64,000 nucleotides of DNA from Rebecca billardiae RCC1528 (lineage: Eukaryota; Protista; Haptophyta): the NCBI GenBank assembly GCA_965240325.2, contig OZ251249.1, forward strand, positions 310,001-374,000, given 5' to 3'. The translations under genes were made by a program, and so were the position numbers. The notes under the pieces were generated by a model. That model saw nothing but the letters and a program-made list of their open reading frames with translations, ran no database searches and was not told the origin of the DNA. This document shows positions 10,896-21,572 of the stretch, piece after piece. How positions within the stretch are numbered: the stretch's first letter is position 1; each line of letters opens with the position of its first letter.

Positions 10896-12864
10896 CGTAG
10901 GTGGGTCCCTCCCAACTGGGGCGATATTCTGGCGCACTCAGAATGACGTCCTAGATTTTGTCTCTCACCCAGAATCGACGCTATAAATGCGTCCCATCGG
11001 GGCGGAGCAAAAGTTTCGACCTCAAAACCTACTCCGCGTGCCGTCGCGCGGCCGAGCGCGCGCGCGCCGCGCCAGTAGTGTCACATAGAGATTTTGCGAA
11101 GCGTTACTTCATGGTTATGGTGGCTAGATGGCGACATGCGATCGGAATTACTTATTGACAACCGTTGACACCCGACCGAACCATTTTATGAAGCAAAGAG
11201 TGGGGCTCTATGCCGTGCGCTGATACCTCCAACAAACTACAGCAAGATCGAGCATATTACCCACTTCATATATAGCAGCCACTTACCCGTATATATTATG
11301 AATGTTACCCACTTTATATTGACCGTGGATGCGGTTCACTATATATTCAAATTCGTTCCGATATGTGGGTACGTTTGTTGGGTCATCGAATAGGCGCCGA
11401 GCGACGCGGACACAGGCAACCCGGGCCGCGGCAACCGGACTGCCTGCGAGTGGCAGTGTTTGTGGCGGGCTGCGTGCCGAGGCACGCATCATCGCCCGCC
11501 ACCGAGCATGTCACCGTCGTCACACGGGAGCCCTCCGCCGTCGAGGCTGGACTATCAGCCAACGCCACCGCCGGAGCTTGCCGCGTTCGGCGGCTTCCGT
11601 GCTCGTACTCCGCGTGTCACTGGTCGTCGTATGCCCACCCGCGTGAGGCCGCCACCAGTCCATGACTACCACAGCTGCAGCCCATGCCGCCGACGATGCC
11701 TCCTACCATCTTCTCGCCAGGCAGCAATACGATAGGTTCACCGACGCTGCTGCTAGGCTGAGAGCACTCAGCCAGTTGGCCGGCGAGACGTCAGATGGTT
11801 GAGCTGCTGGCCTAGCCATCACGTTGCGGCTTCCGCTCGCTCAAGTACACCCAACGTGACGACGAGAACGTGCCGGGCAATCATCAGACATGCGTCTGAG
11901 GGGTCTACTACGCCTAGCCGTAGAGTTGCTGAGTACGAGTCTTCGCAGACCACAAGCGGAACGAGTGGGACCACCCAATGGCAGGAGCAACAGCGTGGGG
12001 TGGCACGGCACCCGCGCCTGTCAACGCGACCGCGTTCTGTCAAGAATGGACCCATATCCTGCGACCACCCTCGAGCACCGCATACTATGCCCACACTCGG
12101 CATAGGGAAGGATCGCTGCGCGCCTGCTGCCGCTGTCAAAGGCCCTGCTGATCTTCCTGGCGCTGGATCGTGCACACGGATGGCAAGTCGGCGTGCTCGC
12201 CGCACATCGCGGCGGCTTCTCAGCATCCCAAGTCCTCAGTGCACCCATCCTAGGCCTGCTGGTCGATGATTGGTACCAACCCCCACCAAACACGCCCTCT
12301 CGGAAGTCGCCAATCGCTCACATGGCTCCCCGAGAGCCCGGGGCTGGCTGTCGTGCGTTCTCACGAGCAGCTTGCGCACAGCCCAAATGTCACCTTCACG
12401 GTGCGTTGAGCTGCTCAAGATGGCGGGAGCGTCAAGAGCATGCCCGTGCACGACACTGACCCATGCCTCCCGTCGCCTGACCCGCATGTGGCAAAAACTG
12501 ACCCTGCTCGAAGGCACGGGTCGAACACCCGCCGATCGATTCAAGTTGTCTGTACGCGTCTAGCCGGGCGAGAGTCAAACATGCGGGCACGTGCCAGGCG
12601 GGGGATGTGTGACCACGGATCCCATCCGTGAGCACGCGCAAAGCGCTGGAGTGTGCGATAGGTGTTGGCTGTGGTCTACCCGACACACGGCGGCTCGGTC
12701 GCGCTGGAGAGGCGCTCCGACATCGTCGGGAGCGTTCAGATCGGACCTCGGCCGGCGGCCCGGCGATTTTCCCGAGCCGCGCCCCGCGCGAAAAGAAATC
12801 AGGCCAGAAAACCCGGCGGTAAATGTTAAAAGACCGCTGGAAAATCGCCAGGGACCCACCTACG
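10896..12864. mobile_element. Non-autonomous DNA transposon with terminal inverted repeats
   Basis: CGTAGGTGGGTCCCT (10896-10910) is the exact reverse complement of 12850-12864. Flanking direct repeat CTA (or CGCTACG if the TIR is taken as 13 bp). Interior has lower GC and no recognisable ORF. Confidence 0.7.
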
Positions 12865-13156
12865 CTACGGCCGCGCGTTGGACGGACAGCATATGCCGAC
12901 GGAGGGTGCACCGCGGGCCCCTAACTACGTTGGTTCTACGGAAGGACCGCGGGACGCGGTCATTATGTTCGTCATCAGCAGCGGCAGCAGTGCCTACACT
13001 ATTACGACGACATCATCACGGGACGGAACTACACGGACGAGCCTGCATGCGCGCGCGCAGTCGCGCACCGCATCGACGCATCGTCGTGATCGTCGTCGTC
13101 CGGCGGTGGCGCGGCGGCATCCGGTCCGGCGGGTCCGGTCATCGTCGCGGTCGTGC

Positions 13157-15076
13157 TCAACTGCCGCCCGGCGAGTAGTTCTGCTGCTGCGCCGACGACA
13201 GCAGCTTGTGAGCACACTGTGGCTGCCGATGGTGCAGCTCCGGCGTCGGCTCGGCGGCGGCGGCGGCGCGGCCCTGGCCCAGCGCCGCCAAGGACAGTCG
13301 GCCGTCCGCGCCGGGCGGCTCGCGGCGCACGAGCGCGCGCTTGGGCGAGCCATCCCACGCGACGCTGCGCCGCCGCTCGTCGGCCGCCGAGCTGATCTGC
13401 GCCGACGCGGCGAGCACCTCGCACAGATGCTGCGAGAGCGCGTGGTCCACCGCGGCGCCCAGCGCGGCGACGACGGACGACTGCCGTGGAGGCGGTGTCG
13501 GCGGCGGTACCGCCGCCGCGCGCGCCGCGCCCGCGCCGCGCCGCGCGCGCGCCGCCTCCGGCTGCGGCGGCCCGGAGATGTCGAGCGCGCGGCACGCCAC
13601 GAACGCCGCCGCGGGCGCAAGCGATGGCGCGGGCGGCAGCGCCGCCGCCGCCTCCGACTCGCCCTCCGCATACCCGTCGCAGTCCGGGTCGGCAACTGCC
13701 GGCGCGCCCGCCAAGCCCACGCCGAGCCCGAGCAGCGAGCCGCCGGCCGCGTGCGCCGCGCGCAGGTGCGCGGCGTGCAGCTCGAGCGCGCACCGGTCCG
13801 TCAGCAGCGCGGTGGTGTCCGCCTGCAGCCCGACGAAGCGCGCCAGCCGGCCGCGCGCGTCGAGGAGAGGCGCAAAGTGCAGCAGCATCAGAAAGGCCGA
13901 GCCGTCGCGCCGGTAGTTGAGCAGCTCGGCCGTGCACGGCTGCGGCGGCCGGACGGGCCGAGTTGGGCCCGGACTCGCGCCCGCGCGGCTGCTGCACGGC
14001 TGCTGCTGCCGCGCCGCGCCGGGCAGGTGCGCGTGGTGCACGGCCGCGTCCGCCAGCTGCGCCTGCCGGAGCGCCGCGTCCGCCAGGTGCGCGTGGTGCA
14101 CGGCCCGGCTCACTTCCTTCACCTTGGAGCAGTCAGTGGCCGGACCCTGGAGAAGCCGGCAGTTTCGCCCGACGAGCTCGGGCAGCGGGTAGCCCGTGAG
14201 CGCGCAGAACGCCTGGGCGGGGCGCGCGCACGCACGAGGAGACGCACGGGGCGGGCGGGCGGAGGAGCGTTGGTGAGTGAGCGGTTGGAAACCGAGAGAG
14301 CGTGGGACCAAAGGACCATCAGTATTTGATGGTCCTTTGGTGGGACCACCAAGTGGGGGGGGCCTGGCTTCGTGCGCGAGCGCGCGCGCGCGCGCTCTGC
14401 GCGACGGGCGGCGACGCACCGGCGAGGCGTGGACGATGGGGTTGTCGTGCTGGTTGGGGTCGGTCACGACGAGCGTGCTGCGCAGCGCCGCGAACGTCTT
14501 TCGCAGCTGCGGCGCGGCGCTCGGCTGCAGCAGCAGCGCCGCCGCCGCCGTCTCCAGCTCAGCCGCCGTCGCGTCGCGCGCGGCGGCGCCGTCGACGAGG
14601 AAGGCGAGGCGCGCGTCGACGGCGGAACCGAGGCGCACGCCATCCGCGGGCACGTGCAACTCGCCCTCACGGCAGGCGGGCGCGCCGGCGGGCGCGCGCG
14701 GCGAGCGGAACGCCACGCGCCGTGCGAACGGCTCGCCCGTGGCGAGTGCGCGCGCGAGCGCGTCCGCCGCGCCGTCCGCGGCGGGTACGACCCAGTCGGA
14801 GAGGCGCTCGCCACAGAGAGTGCCAGGCTCGAGGCCGAGGGCGGTGGCGAACGCCTCGGAGCACTCGCGCACGCTGCCATCCGCCACCTCGAGCACGAGG
14901 AGGCGCGAGCCCACGAGGCGCGCGAGCTGGCCGCAGCGCACGGCGGCCAGCTGGTGGCACAGCAGGTTGTCGACGGAATAGTCGCGACGGATGGTGGGCG
15001 GGGTCTCGTCGTCCTCGGACGCGGGCTCGCGGAGCGCGCACTTGCGCTTGGAGGACTTTCGGCGCGAGCGCGGCAT
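13157..15076 (-). CDS. PAS + LOV domain blue-light photoreceptor-like protein
   Basis: LOV signature LVVTDP-DNPIVHASP/AFCALTGY-ELVGRNCRLLQGP...ELLNYRRDG...FVGLQ with the photoactive Cys. In-frame 207-nt GT-AG intron 14419-14213. Upstream PAS-like segment (DGSVRECSEAFATALGLEPGTLCGERLSDWV). Confidence 0.9.
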   Translation of the reverse strand: MPRSRRKSSKRKCALREPASEDDETPPTIRRDYSVDNLLCHQLAAVRCGQLARLVGSRLLVLEVADGSVRECSEAFATALGLEPGTLCGERLSDWVVPAADGAADALARALATGEPFARRVAFRSPRAPAGAPACREGELHVPADGVRLGSAVDARLAFLVDGAAARDATAAELETAAAALLLQPSAAPQLRKTFAALRSTLVVTDPNQHDNPIVHASPVRRRPSRRARARALAHEARPPPLGGPTKGPSNTDGPLVPRSLGFQPLTHQRSSARPPRASPRACARPAQAFCALTGYPLPELVGRNCRLLQGPATDCSKVKEVSRAVHHAHLADAALRQAQLADAAVHHAHLPGAARQQQPCSSRAGASPGPTRPVRPPQPCTAELLNYRRDGSAFLMLLHFAPLLDARGRLARFVGLQADTTALLTDRCALELHAAHLRAAHAAGGSLLGLGVGLAGAPAVADPDCDGYAEGESEAAAALPPAPSLAPAAAFVACRALDISGPPQPEAARARRGAGAARAAAVPPPTPPPRQSSVVAALGAAVDHALSQHLCEVLAASAQISSAADERRRSVAWDGSPKRALVRREPPGADGRLSLAALGQGRAAAAAEPTPELHHRQPQCAHKLLSSAQQQNYSPGGS

Positions 15077-16830
15077 CGGCGGTGTGTGCGTGGCGTGGCC
15101 TCGGGGTGCGAACGTCGCGTCGGCGACTCCAGGGCGGCGACTTCAGCAAGCGGGGTTGCGAGGTTGAATCTCCTACGCAGTAGGCTAAAAGGCGAAGCGG
15201 TGTTAGGAGTGCGGAGGCGAGATCCCCTGCTATTCACATCGGTTCAAGACAGGCAGAGCTCGGGGATGGGTTCAGAGTTCGGGTGGCTCAGATAGTATCG
15301 CTAATATCTCGCTCTCTTGCCGCCGTTCGCTCGTAAAACAGGGGTTGTTCAAGCTTTCCGCCCCGCGCAACAAGAATGCATCCTTCCCCGAATCCCAGCA
15401 GGAATCTTGGCTCTTGACATCGGTCGACTTATGAACCATGTATGGAGATTCGATCTCGCTTGGATCTCACCCTGAACTGCTGCACCATTGTCAGTCCATC
15501 ACTTGAACGAACTATATGATATTTCCGAGATTCCATCCGCTTGTACTAGTATGAAACCGCGGGTTGCGGCCTTGGGGGTAATGTAGTTATCGATTGCCCA
15601 GTCTGGAATAACCACGCGACGGAAACGCCGACGACGAGATCGGCCGCGGCGAGCGCGCAAGCGCGCCGAGTCCCGCCGTTGGCAGAGACGAGGCACGCCG
15701 AAGCCTGAGGATCGCCGTCGCAGCGTCGCTGCCAGTGCCACTCAGATTGCCTGTGCGTTGCCCCTACTCTTCCGGCCGCCGCTAAGCCGAGCAGTACCGC
15801 GCGCGGCGGATGGCACGCGGTCAGACTCTCTATCGGGGTTGGCGCTGCGCGTCAACTTGGGACTGGAAACATGTAGTTTAAACACCTGATGGCTCGCGGC
15901 CGGTAGCCCGAGCTCGGAACTTCTGACGCTGCTATGGGCGCAAGCGACGGCGCTCCGGGGGCGCAGCGGCGGGGCTGACTGACGACGCGCGCGCGACGCG
16001 CGTGTGCACGACGGTCTGCGGCGGGTCCCGTGCCGCGGAGTGCGCGCTGCCATGACTGGCCCGTCTGCAGCACCACGCCCCGCGCTGTGAGTGAGAGTGT
16101 GGGCCGCGCCAAAGCCAGAACGGGGACGGCACTCCGCCGGCCTGGCCGTCTGCCGACCAGCCCGCGGCCGCCTGCTGCAGCTCGGGGAATCGCGCGCTCG
16201 CCGCTCGCGCGTCACGGCGGGGCGACGGGGCGGCCCGCTGCCGCCTGCGCGCAAGTGCCGTCCGCCGCACGTGCCGCTTCATCCGCTGACACCGCACGCG
16301 AGCCGCTCGTCGCGTGCAGTGCAGCTCGAGCCCTCCGCCGCCACTCCTGTGCCGGCGCCACGCCTCGCGCTCGTGCTCGAGCTGAGGCGGTTCGTGTCGC
16401 CCGAGCCGGCCGGGGCGGGTTCGCGCACAGGTGAGCCACCTCCCGAAAATAAACAGGTAAAAGTATCATCATACGTATTGTACGTCGTACGGCATACAGG
16501 TACGGCCCTTGATACAGGAATTACCGGCTCAACAATTCAAGACCAGCTAAATTCGATTGAGCTGATTGCCAGATGAATACTGCGCACGAGGATCGGAGCC
16601 GTTCGGTGAGCCGTCGTCCGATCGACGCGGTTTCCCGAGCGGCCTGCGGCTTGCCCCAAACCGCGGCTACCGCGTCTGCCGCGGCGCACTTTCTAGTAGC
16701 CAGGAAAGTCGGAACCACCTTGAACCAAGCGTCCACACGGCGGCTGCATAGTGAACCTTGCAGCTTCGTCATGCGCGGGGGGTGGGGCGAACCGCCCCCG
16801 TGGCACGGCGCGGGCGGGCTCCGCCGGGGC

Positions 16831-19409
16831 ATGGCGCGCAGCGCGGCGGCGCGGCCGAGGCGGCCCGACCCGCGCGCGCGCCGCGCGCGCGCCGCGCGAG
16901 GCCGCGCAGCCCGCCTGCTCGCGCCGGCGCTCGCGCTGCTGCGCGCGCCGGCCGCGGCGCGCGCCGACATGGTCGTCGAGGCTGGCCCGGCGCGACTGCT
17001 CGGGCTGGCGGTGCCCGCCGTGCCGTTCGCGTTCTCGCGGCAGTCGTACGAGCTGCGCGCGCCGCTCCTCTTCACGCGCGAGCCCGACTGGGACTTCTCC
17101 ACCTGCCCGCCCGCCTACCGCGGCGCGCGGCCGCTCGCGGGCGCGATCGTTGTGACCGAGCGCGGCGGCGACAACGCGTGCTCGTTCGAGATGAACGCGC
17201 GGGCGGTGGGCGAGGCGGGCGGCGTGGCGTGGGCGCCGTGGTACGAGGTGGCCGCGATCCTCGACGGCACGCCCGGCCTCTGGGCCAACGCCTGGCGCGA
17301 GGGCGACACGCGCGGGCCGACAGCGGCTGTCGGCTTCACGTGGTCGTCGCGCGCGGCGCAGCCGATCGCGCACGCCGCGCGGCGCGGCGAGGAGGTGGTG
17401 GTGGCGCTCACGCCGTCGGCGAACGAGTGGGAGGCGATGTGGGCCTCGCCCGCCTGGCACCTCTGGGCCGCGCTCCTCGCCACCTACGCCCTCGCCGTCG
17501 TCGAGCTCGCAGGCGCGCAGCTGTACGCGTTTGTGCGCGCAGACGGCGGATTCCTGCCAAAGTCGATCGCGCACTCGCTGCTGCTGATCGAGATGGTGCT
17601 CAACCTGCAGCGCGCGCTGTTCTTCGCGGTGGACCCGCTGCTCTCGCGCGGCCTCGCCTCGCGCCCCGTCGCCGTCGTCCTCCTCACCCAGTCCTACTCG
17701 TTCGGCGCGCTCACCACCGGGCTGTTTCTTCTCTACTTTGTGGACGCGGCGAGTTCTCGCGGTGTGGCCTCGCTCGTGCTCACGACGCGCGTGGCGCGGC
17801 GCGCGCTGCTCGCGCTGTGCGTGGTCGCGGTGGTGCTCGACCTGCTGATCGGCGCGGTGGTGGTGCTGCGCTTCTCCGAGCTCGTCGCGCCCGCCAAGGT
17901 CGCCATCTCGCTGATCGCGCTGCCGGCGCTGCTGCTTGCGCTCAGCGCGCACGCGGAGCGCACGGCGCGCCGCTCGCTGCCGCGGCTGCCGCAGGCGCTG
18001 CTCGAGCGGCTGATGCGGCGGATGCGCATGAGCATCGCGCTCTCGGCGGCGGCGCTCGCCGCGGGCGGCTGCGCCGTCTGGGGCCTGCAGGCGCCGTACC
18101 GCGCGCTCGTCGTCTTCGGCGCGCTCTTCGGCGCGCTCACCGGTTGCTCCTACACGCAGGTCTCGGCCTTCAAGCCGCTCGCCTGCGCTGTGCCCGCGGG
18201 CCCGCTGCGCCTCACGTGGCTCGGCGTGGCGAGCGGCGCGCGCGCGCTCGCGCGCGCGAGCGGCGCGCACGCGCTGCTCCGCCGGTGCGCGTGCTTGCGC
18301 GCGTGCGCGCGCGCCGCGCTCTGCTCCGCCGCCGACGAGGCGGAGGCGGGCGCCTCCGTCTCGCCGGCCGGCACCGGCACGGCGACCGCGTCGCCGGCGT
18401 CGCAGCCCGGCTCAGAGCACCGCGGCGCGGCGGCGGCGCATCGGCCGCCGGTGCGGTACCTCCCGCCGCCGAAGCGCGTGCTGCTCGGCGTGCGTCCGGG
18501 CTACCTCCGCGCGTGGGCCGAGGCGCAGGCCATCCCGCCCACCGCTTCCTCCTACGACGTCTCACGGCATGTGTCGACGCACACGCGCGCCAACGACACC
18601 AGTCTCGTGAGCGCGCACGCGCACGTGCTCGGCGCCGACGGGCTGCCGGTGGTGGGCACGGCGACGCTGGTGCGCGCCGCCGCGCGCCGCGCCGCGCGCG
18701 AGGGCCGCGCCGTGCTGCCGCCCCGCCGCTGCCTGCCCGCGCCCCCTTCCCTCCGCCGCATCCGCCGCCGCGCGGCTCACGTGGCGCGCCCGCGCGCCCC
18801 GCGCGCCGCCGCGCGCGCGCGCGCGCGCCACCCGCGCCGTCCCGCGCTGCGCTGCGCTCTGGCCTGCCACAGTTCATCTCGCACGCGCACGGCTGCGGCT
18901 TCTGGCGCATGCTCGACGCGGTGGAGCAGTACCTCGCGCAGCACAAGCTGGGCCCGCGCGGCGCGTACGTCTGGCTCGACTCCTGGTCCCTCAAGCAGCA
19001 CCGCCAGTCTGAGGAGGTGGCCTTCATTCCAGCGGTCGAGCAAAGTATCGGCCATGCGGTTTTGGTGCTCGACCCGTGGGACGCGCCGCTGGCGTTCACG
19101 CGCGCGTGGTGCCTGTTCGAGGTGGTCACCGCGCTGGACGCCGGCGGGCGCTTCGGCGTCAGCCTCCCGCCGGACGAGCGCCTCCGCCTCGTGCGCGCGC
19201 TGCAGGCGGACCGCGCGGGCACGCTGCAGTCTCTGGTGCCATTCAACGTGCGCGACGCGCAGCTGTCCGACGAGGACGACCGCGCGACGCTGCTCTCGCT
19301 CATCCAGCGGCGCTTCGGCGCGCCGGGCACCGACGGCACCGCCGAGGTGAACGAGCGCACCCGCGAGGCCGTGTGGAACGCGCTGGCGGCGTTCAGCTGG
19401 CAGATCTGA
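16831..19409 (+). CDS. Membrane receptor-like protein: signal peptide, PA domain, 7 TM helices, C-terminal TIR/HET-like domain
   Basis: PA-like GAIVVTERGG-CSFEMNARAVGEAGG. Seven hydrophobic segments at ~17455-18175. Intron 18670-18872 joins VGTATL to FISHAH...VWLD...IGHAVLVLDPW...TRAWCLFEV. Start codon uncertain (16771 or 16831). Confidence 0.8.
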
Positions 19410-19827
19410 CGGCGGGAGGACCGGAGGCAGAGTGCCGAGACGGTCCGCCCGTGCGGGCCGCGGCGGAGCGCCGGCAGGATGGCGGGGCCGCCCGCGGGCC
19501 CGGGCGGGGCGGACGGCTGACGCGTCAGTGGCGTTGTCATTTCGACACTTGCGCCAGTGAAGTCCTGCTCAGTCTCTGTCTCACGTGCGCACTCTCGTCA
19601 GACTTGACTGCCGATTCGTCGACGACACATCACTATCAGTGTCACACCTGCCATCGTCGCGGTGGCGGCGCTTAACTCGTTGGCCGGTCTTTTGATTATT
19701 GAAGCATTATAAGTCTAAGACGACGGGTTATTCATGAAAAGTGCGCGGCTTCGGCCGCCGCGGGCGCGGCGGTGCCGGGTCCGGGACTAGTATTTGTCGA
19801 CCGGCCGCGTGTGTCTGCGGACAGACG

Positions 19828-20370
19828 TCAAGAAGCGCCCGCGGGTGCGCCGGCGTCCGCCGCGGCGGCGTCTGGCGCGGGCGCCGGCGTGCGCCACGTC
19901 GAGAGCTGGCACTTCTTGAAGTGCGGCGCCAGCGCCGACTTGCGCGCCGGCTTGCTCGCGAGCGCGGTGGGAATGTTCTCAGGCTGCTCCACCCACAGCT
20001 TGTGGTCGACGCCGGCCTCGGCGAGGCGGAGGGCGAGGTTGCGGAGCTGCGGCTCGCCCTTGACCTCGAGGACGGCCTTGTGCATGCCGTCTACCGCGCC
20101 CGGCGCGATGTACGCGCGCACGTCCTCGTCGTCGAGGTGCTCTGCGACGGCGGCGAGCGACGCGTGCGCGCCCTGCGCGACCAGCGATCCGAGCGGCCAG
20201 CCTTCCTTCTCCTGCAGGTCGCGGCGCAGCACGACGTACTGGAAGAGGGGGTCGTCTGCGCTCGACATCGACACCGAGCGCGCCACGCGCGGACGAAGCG
20301 CCGCAGGCGCGCGCACGACGGCGGCGGAGGGCCGGACCAACGCGAGGGCGGCGGCCAGACCGGCCCGCAT
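19828..20370 (-). CDS. PTRHD1: Peptidyl-tRNA hydrolase 2 family (PTRHD1-like), with organelle-targeting leader
   Basis: QYVVLRRDL-WPLGSLVAQGAHAS-MHKAVLEV-HKLWVEQPENIPTALASKP. N-terminal MRAGLAAALAL followed by an Arg/Ala/Ser-rich extension. Confidence 0.9.
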   Translation of the reverse strand: MRAGLAAALALVRPSAAVVRAPAALRPRVARSVSMSSADDPLFQYVVLRRDLQEKEGWPLGSLVAQGAHASLAAVAEHLDDEDVRAYIAPGAVDGMHKAVLEVKGEPQLRNLALRLAEAGVDHKLWVEQPENIPTALASKPARKSALAPHFKKCQLSTWRTPAPAPDAAAADAGAPAGAS

Positions 20371-20501
20371 CGTTCGGCCCCGAAAGCCCGGTCCGGTGCT
20401 CTGCGCAGGCGGGGCCGTCGTTCCGCGCAGTTCGCGGCTGGCGGGCGCGCGCCGCGCACGCACGGCGCCGGCACGCGAGGTCGCGAGCGCGGGAATCGAG
20501 G

Positions 20502-21572
20502 ATGGCGCGTGTTGCAGGCGCGCTGCGCGCGCTGCTCCTCGCGACGCTCGCCGCGCGCGGGCTGGCGGGCAGCGGCGCGGCGAGCGCGGCGACGACGGTG
20601 GACATGGACCTGCGCAGAGCCATCTCCGGCGCCGCCGCCGGCGCCATCTCCAACGGCCTGCTCCACCCGCTCGACACGGTGAAGACAGTGCGGCAGTCCA
20701 ACCCAAAGGCGTTTCCGGGAACTTTCCGGACGATCCACCGGATCCTCTCGACGGACGGCCCGGGCGCGCTGTACGGCGGGATCGGCACGGCGATGCTCGG
20801 CGCGATGCCCTCGTCCTTCGTCTTCTTCGGCACGTACGAGGCCGTCAAGAGCCGGCTGAGCCGCGCGGCGGGCAACTGCACCGCGCGCACTCGCGCGCAG
20901 ATCCACGTCGCCTCGGCGGCGTGCGGGAACTGCGCGAGCTCGCTGATCTACGTGCCGAAGGAGATGATCAAGCAGCGCCTGCAGGCGGCCAAGGTCGCGC
21001 GCGTGCAGCTCAGCGTCCAGTCCATCGTCACCTCGATCGTACGCGAGCACGGCGTGCGAGGGTTGTACTCAGCGTACACCGCGACCATCTTCCGGAACAT
21101 CCCGACGACGGTGCTCAACTTCCTGATCTACGAGGAGCTGAAGCACCAGCTCGCCGCGCGGCTGGCCGTCACCGACGAGGACTCCTTCCTCAAGTCGTGG
21201 TCCATGGTCTGCGGCGCCATCTCCGGCGCGAGCGCGAGCGTGCTCGTCACCCCGGTCGACGTGTGCAAAACACGACTTGCGACCGGCCAGTACCTGGCGA
21301 GGCTTGGGCTGCGCGGCTCGCTGCTGAAGCTCGCGCGGGAGGAGGGCGTGGGCGGGCTGTTCGCCGGGGCGAAGGCGCGGATGCTCGGCTCCGCGCTCTT
21401 CTCCGCCATCGGCCTCTCGTCGTACGAGGCGTGCAAGCACCTGCTGCGGTGCGACCAGCCGGTCGCGGCCGGCGCCGCCGCGAGCGCCGACTGCGGCGCG
21501 GGCGGCGCCGACGGCAACTGCGGCACCGTTGCGCGCCGCCCGCCGTGGCGGCCACGGCGGTGGACGGACTGA
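20502..21572 (+). CDS. Mitochondrial carrier family protein (SAM-carrier-like) with N-terminal signal peptide
   Basis: Three Px[DE]xx[KR] signatures (PLDTVKT, PKEMIKQR, PVDVCKTR) and GLY/GLF-type motifs. Hydrophobic leader MARVAGALRALLLATLAARG. Confidence 0.9.
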   Translation: MARVAGALRALLLATLAARGLAGSGAASAATTVDMDLRRAISGAAAGAISNGLLHPLDTVKTVRQSNPKAFPGTFRTIHRILSTDGPGALYGGIGTAMLGAMPSSFVFFGTYEAVKSRLSRAAGNCTARTRAQIHVASAACGNCASSLIYVPKEMIKQRLQAAKVARVQLSVQSIVTSIVREHGVRGLYSAYTATIFRNIPTTVLNFLIYEELKHQLAARLAVTDEDSFLKSWSMVCGAISGASASVLVTPVDVCKTRLATGQYLARLGLRGSLLKLAREEGVGGLFAGAKARMLGSALFSAIGLSSYEACKHLLRCDQPVAAGAAASADCGAGGADGNCGTVARRPPWRPRRWTD

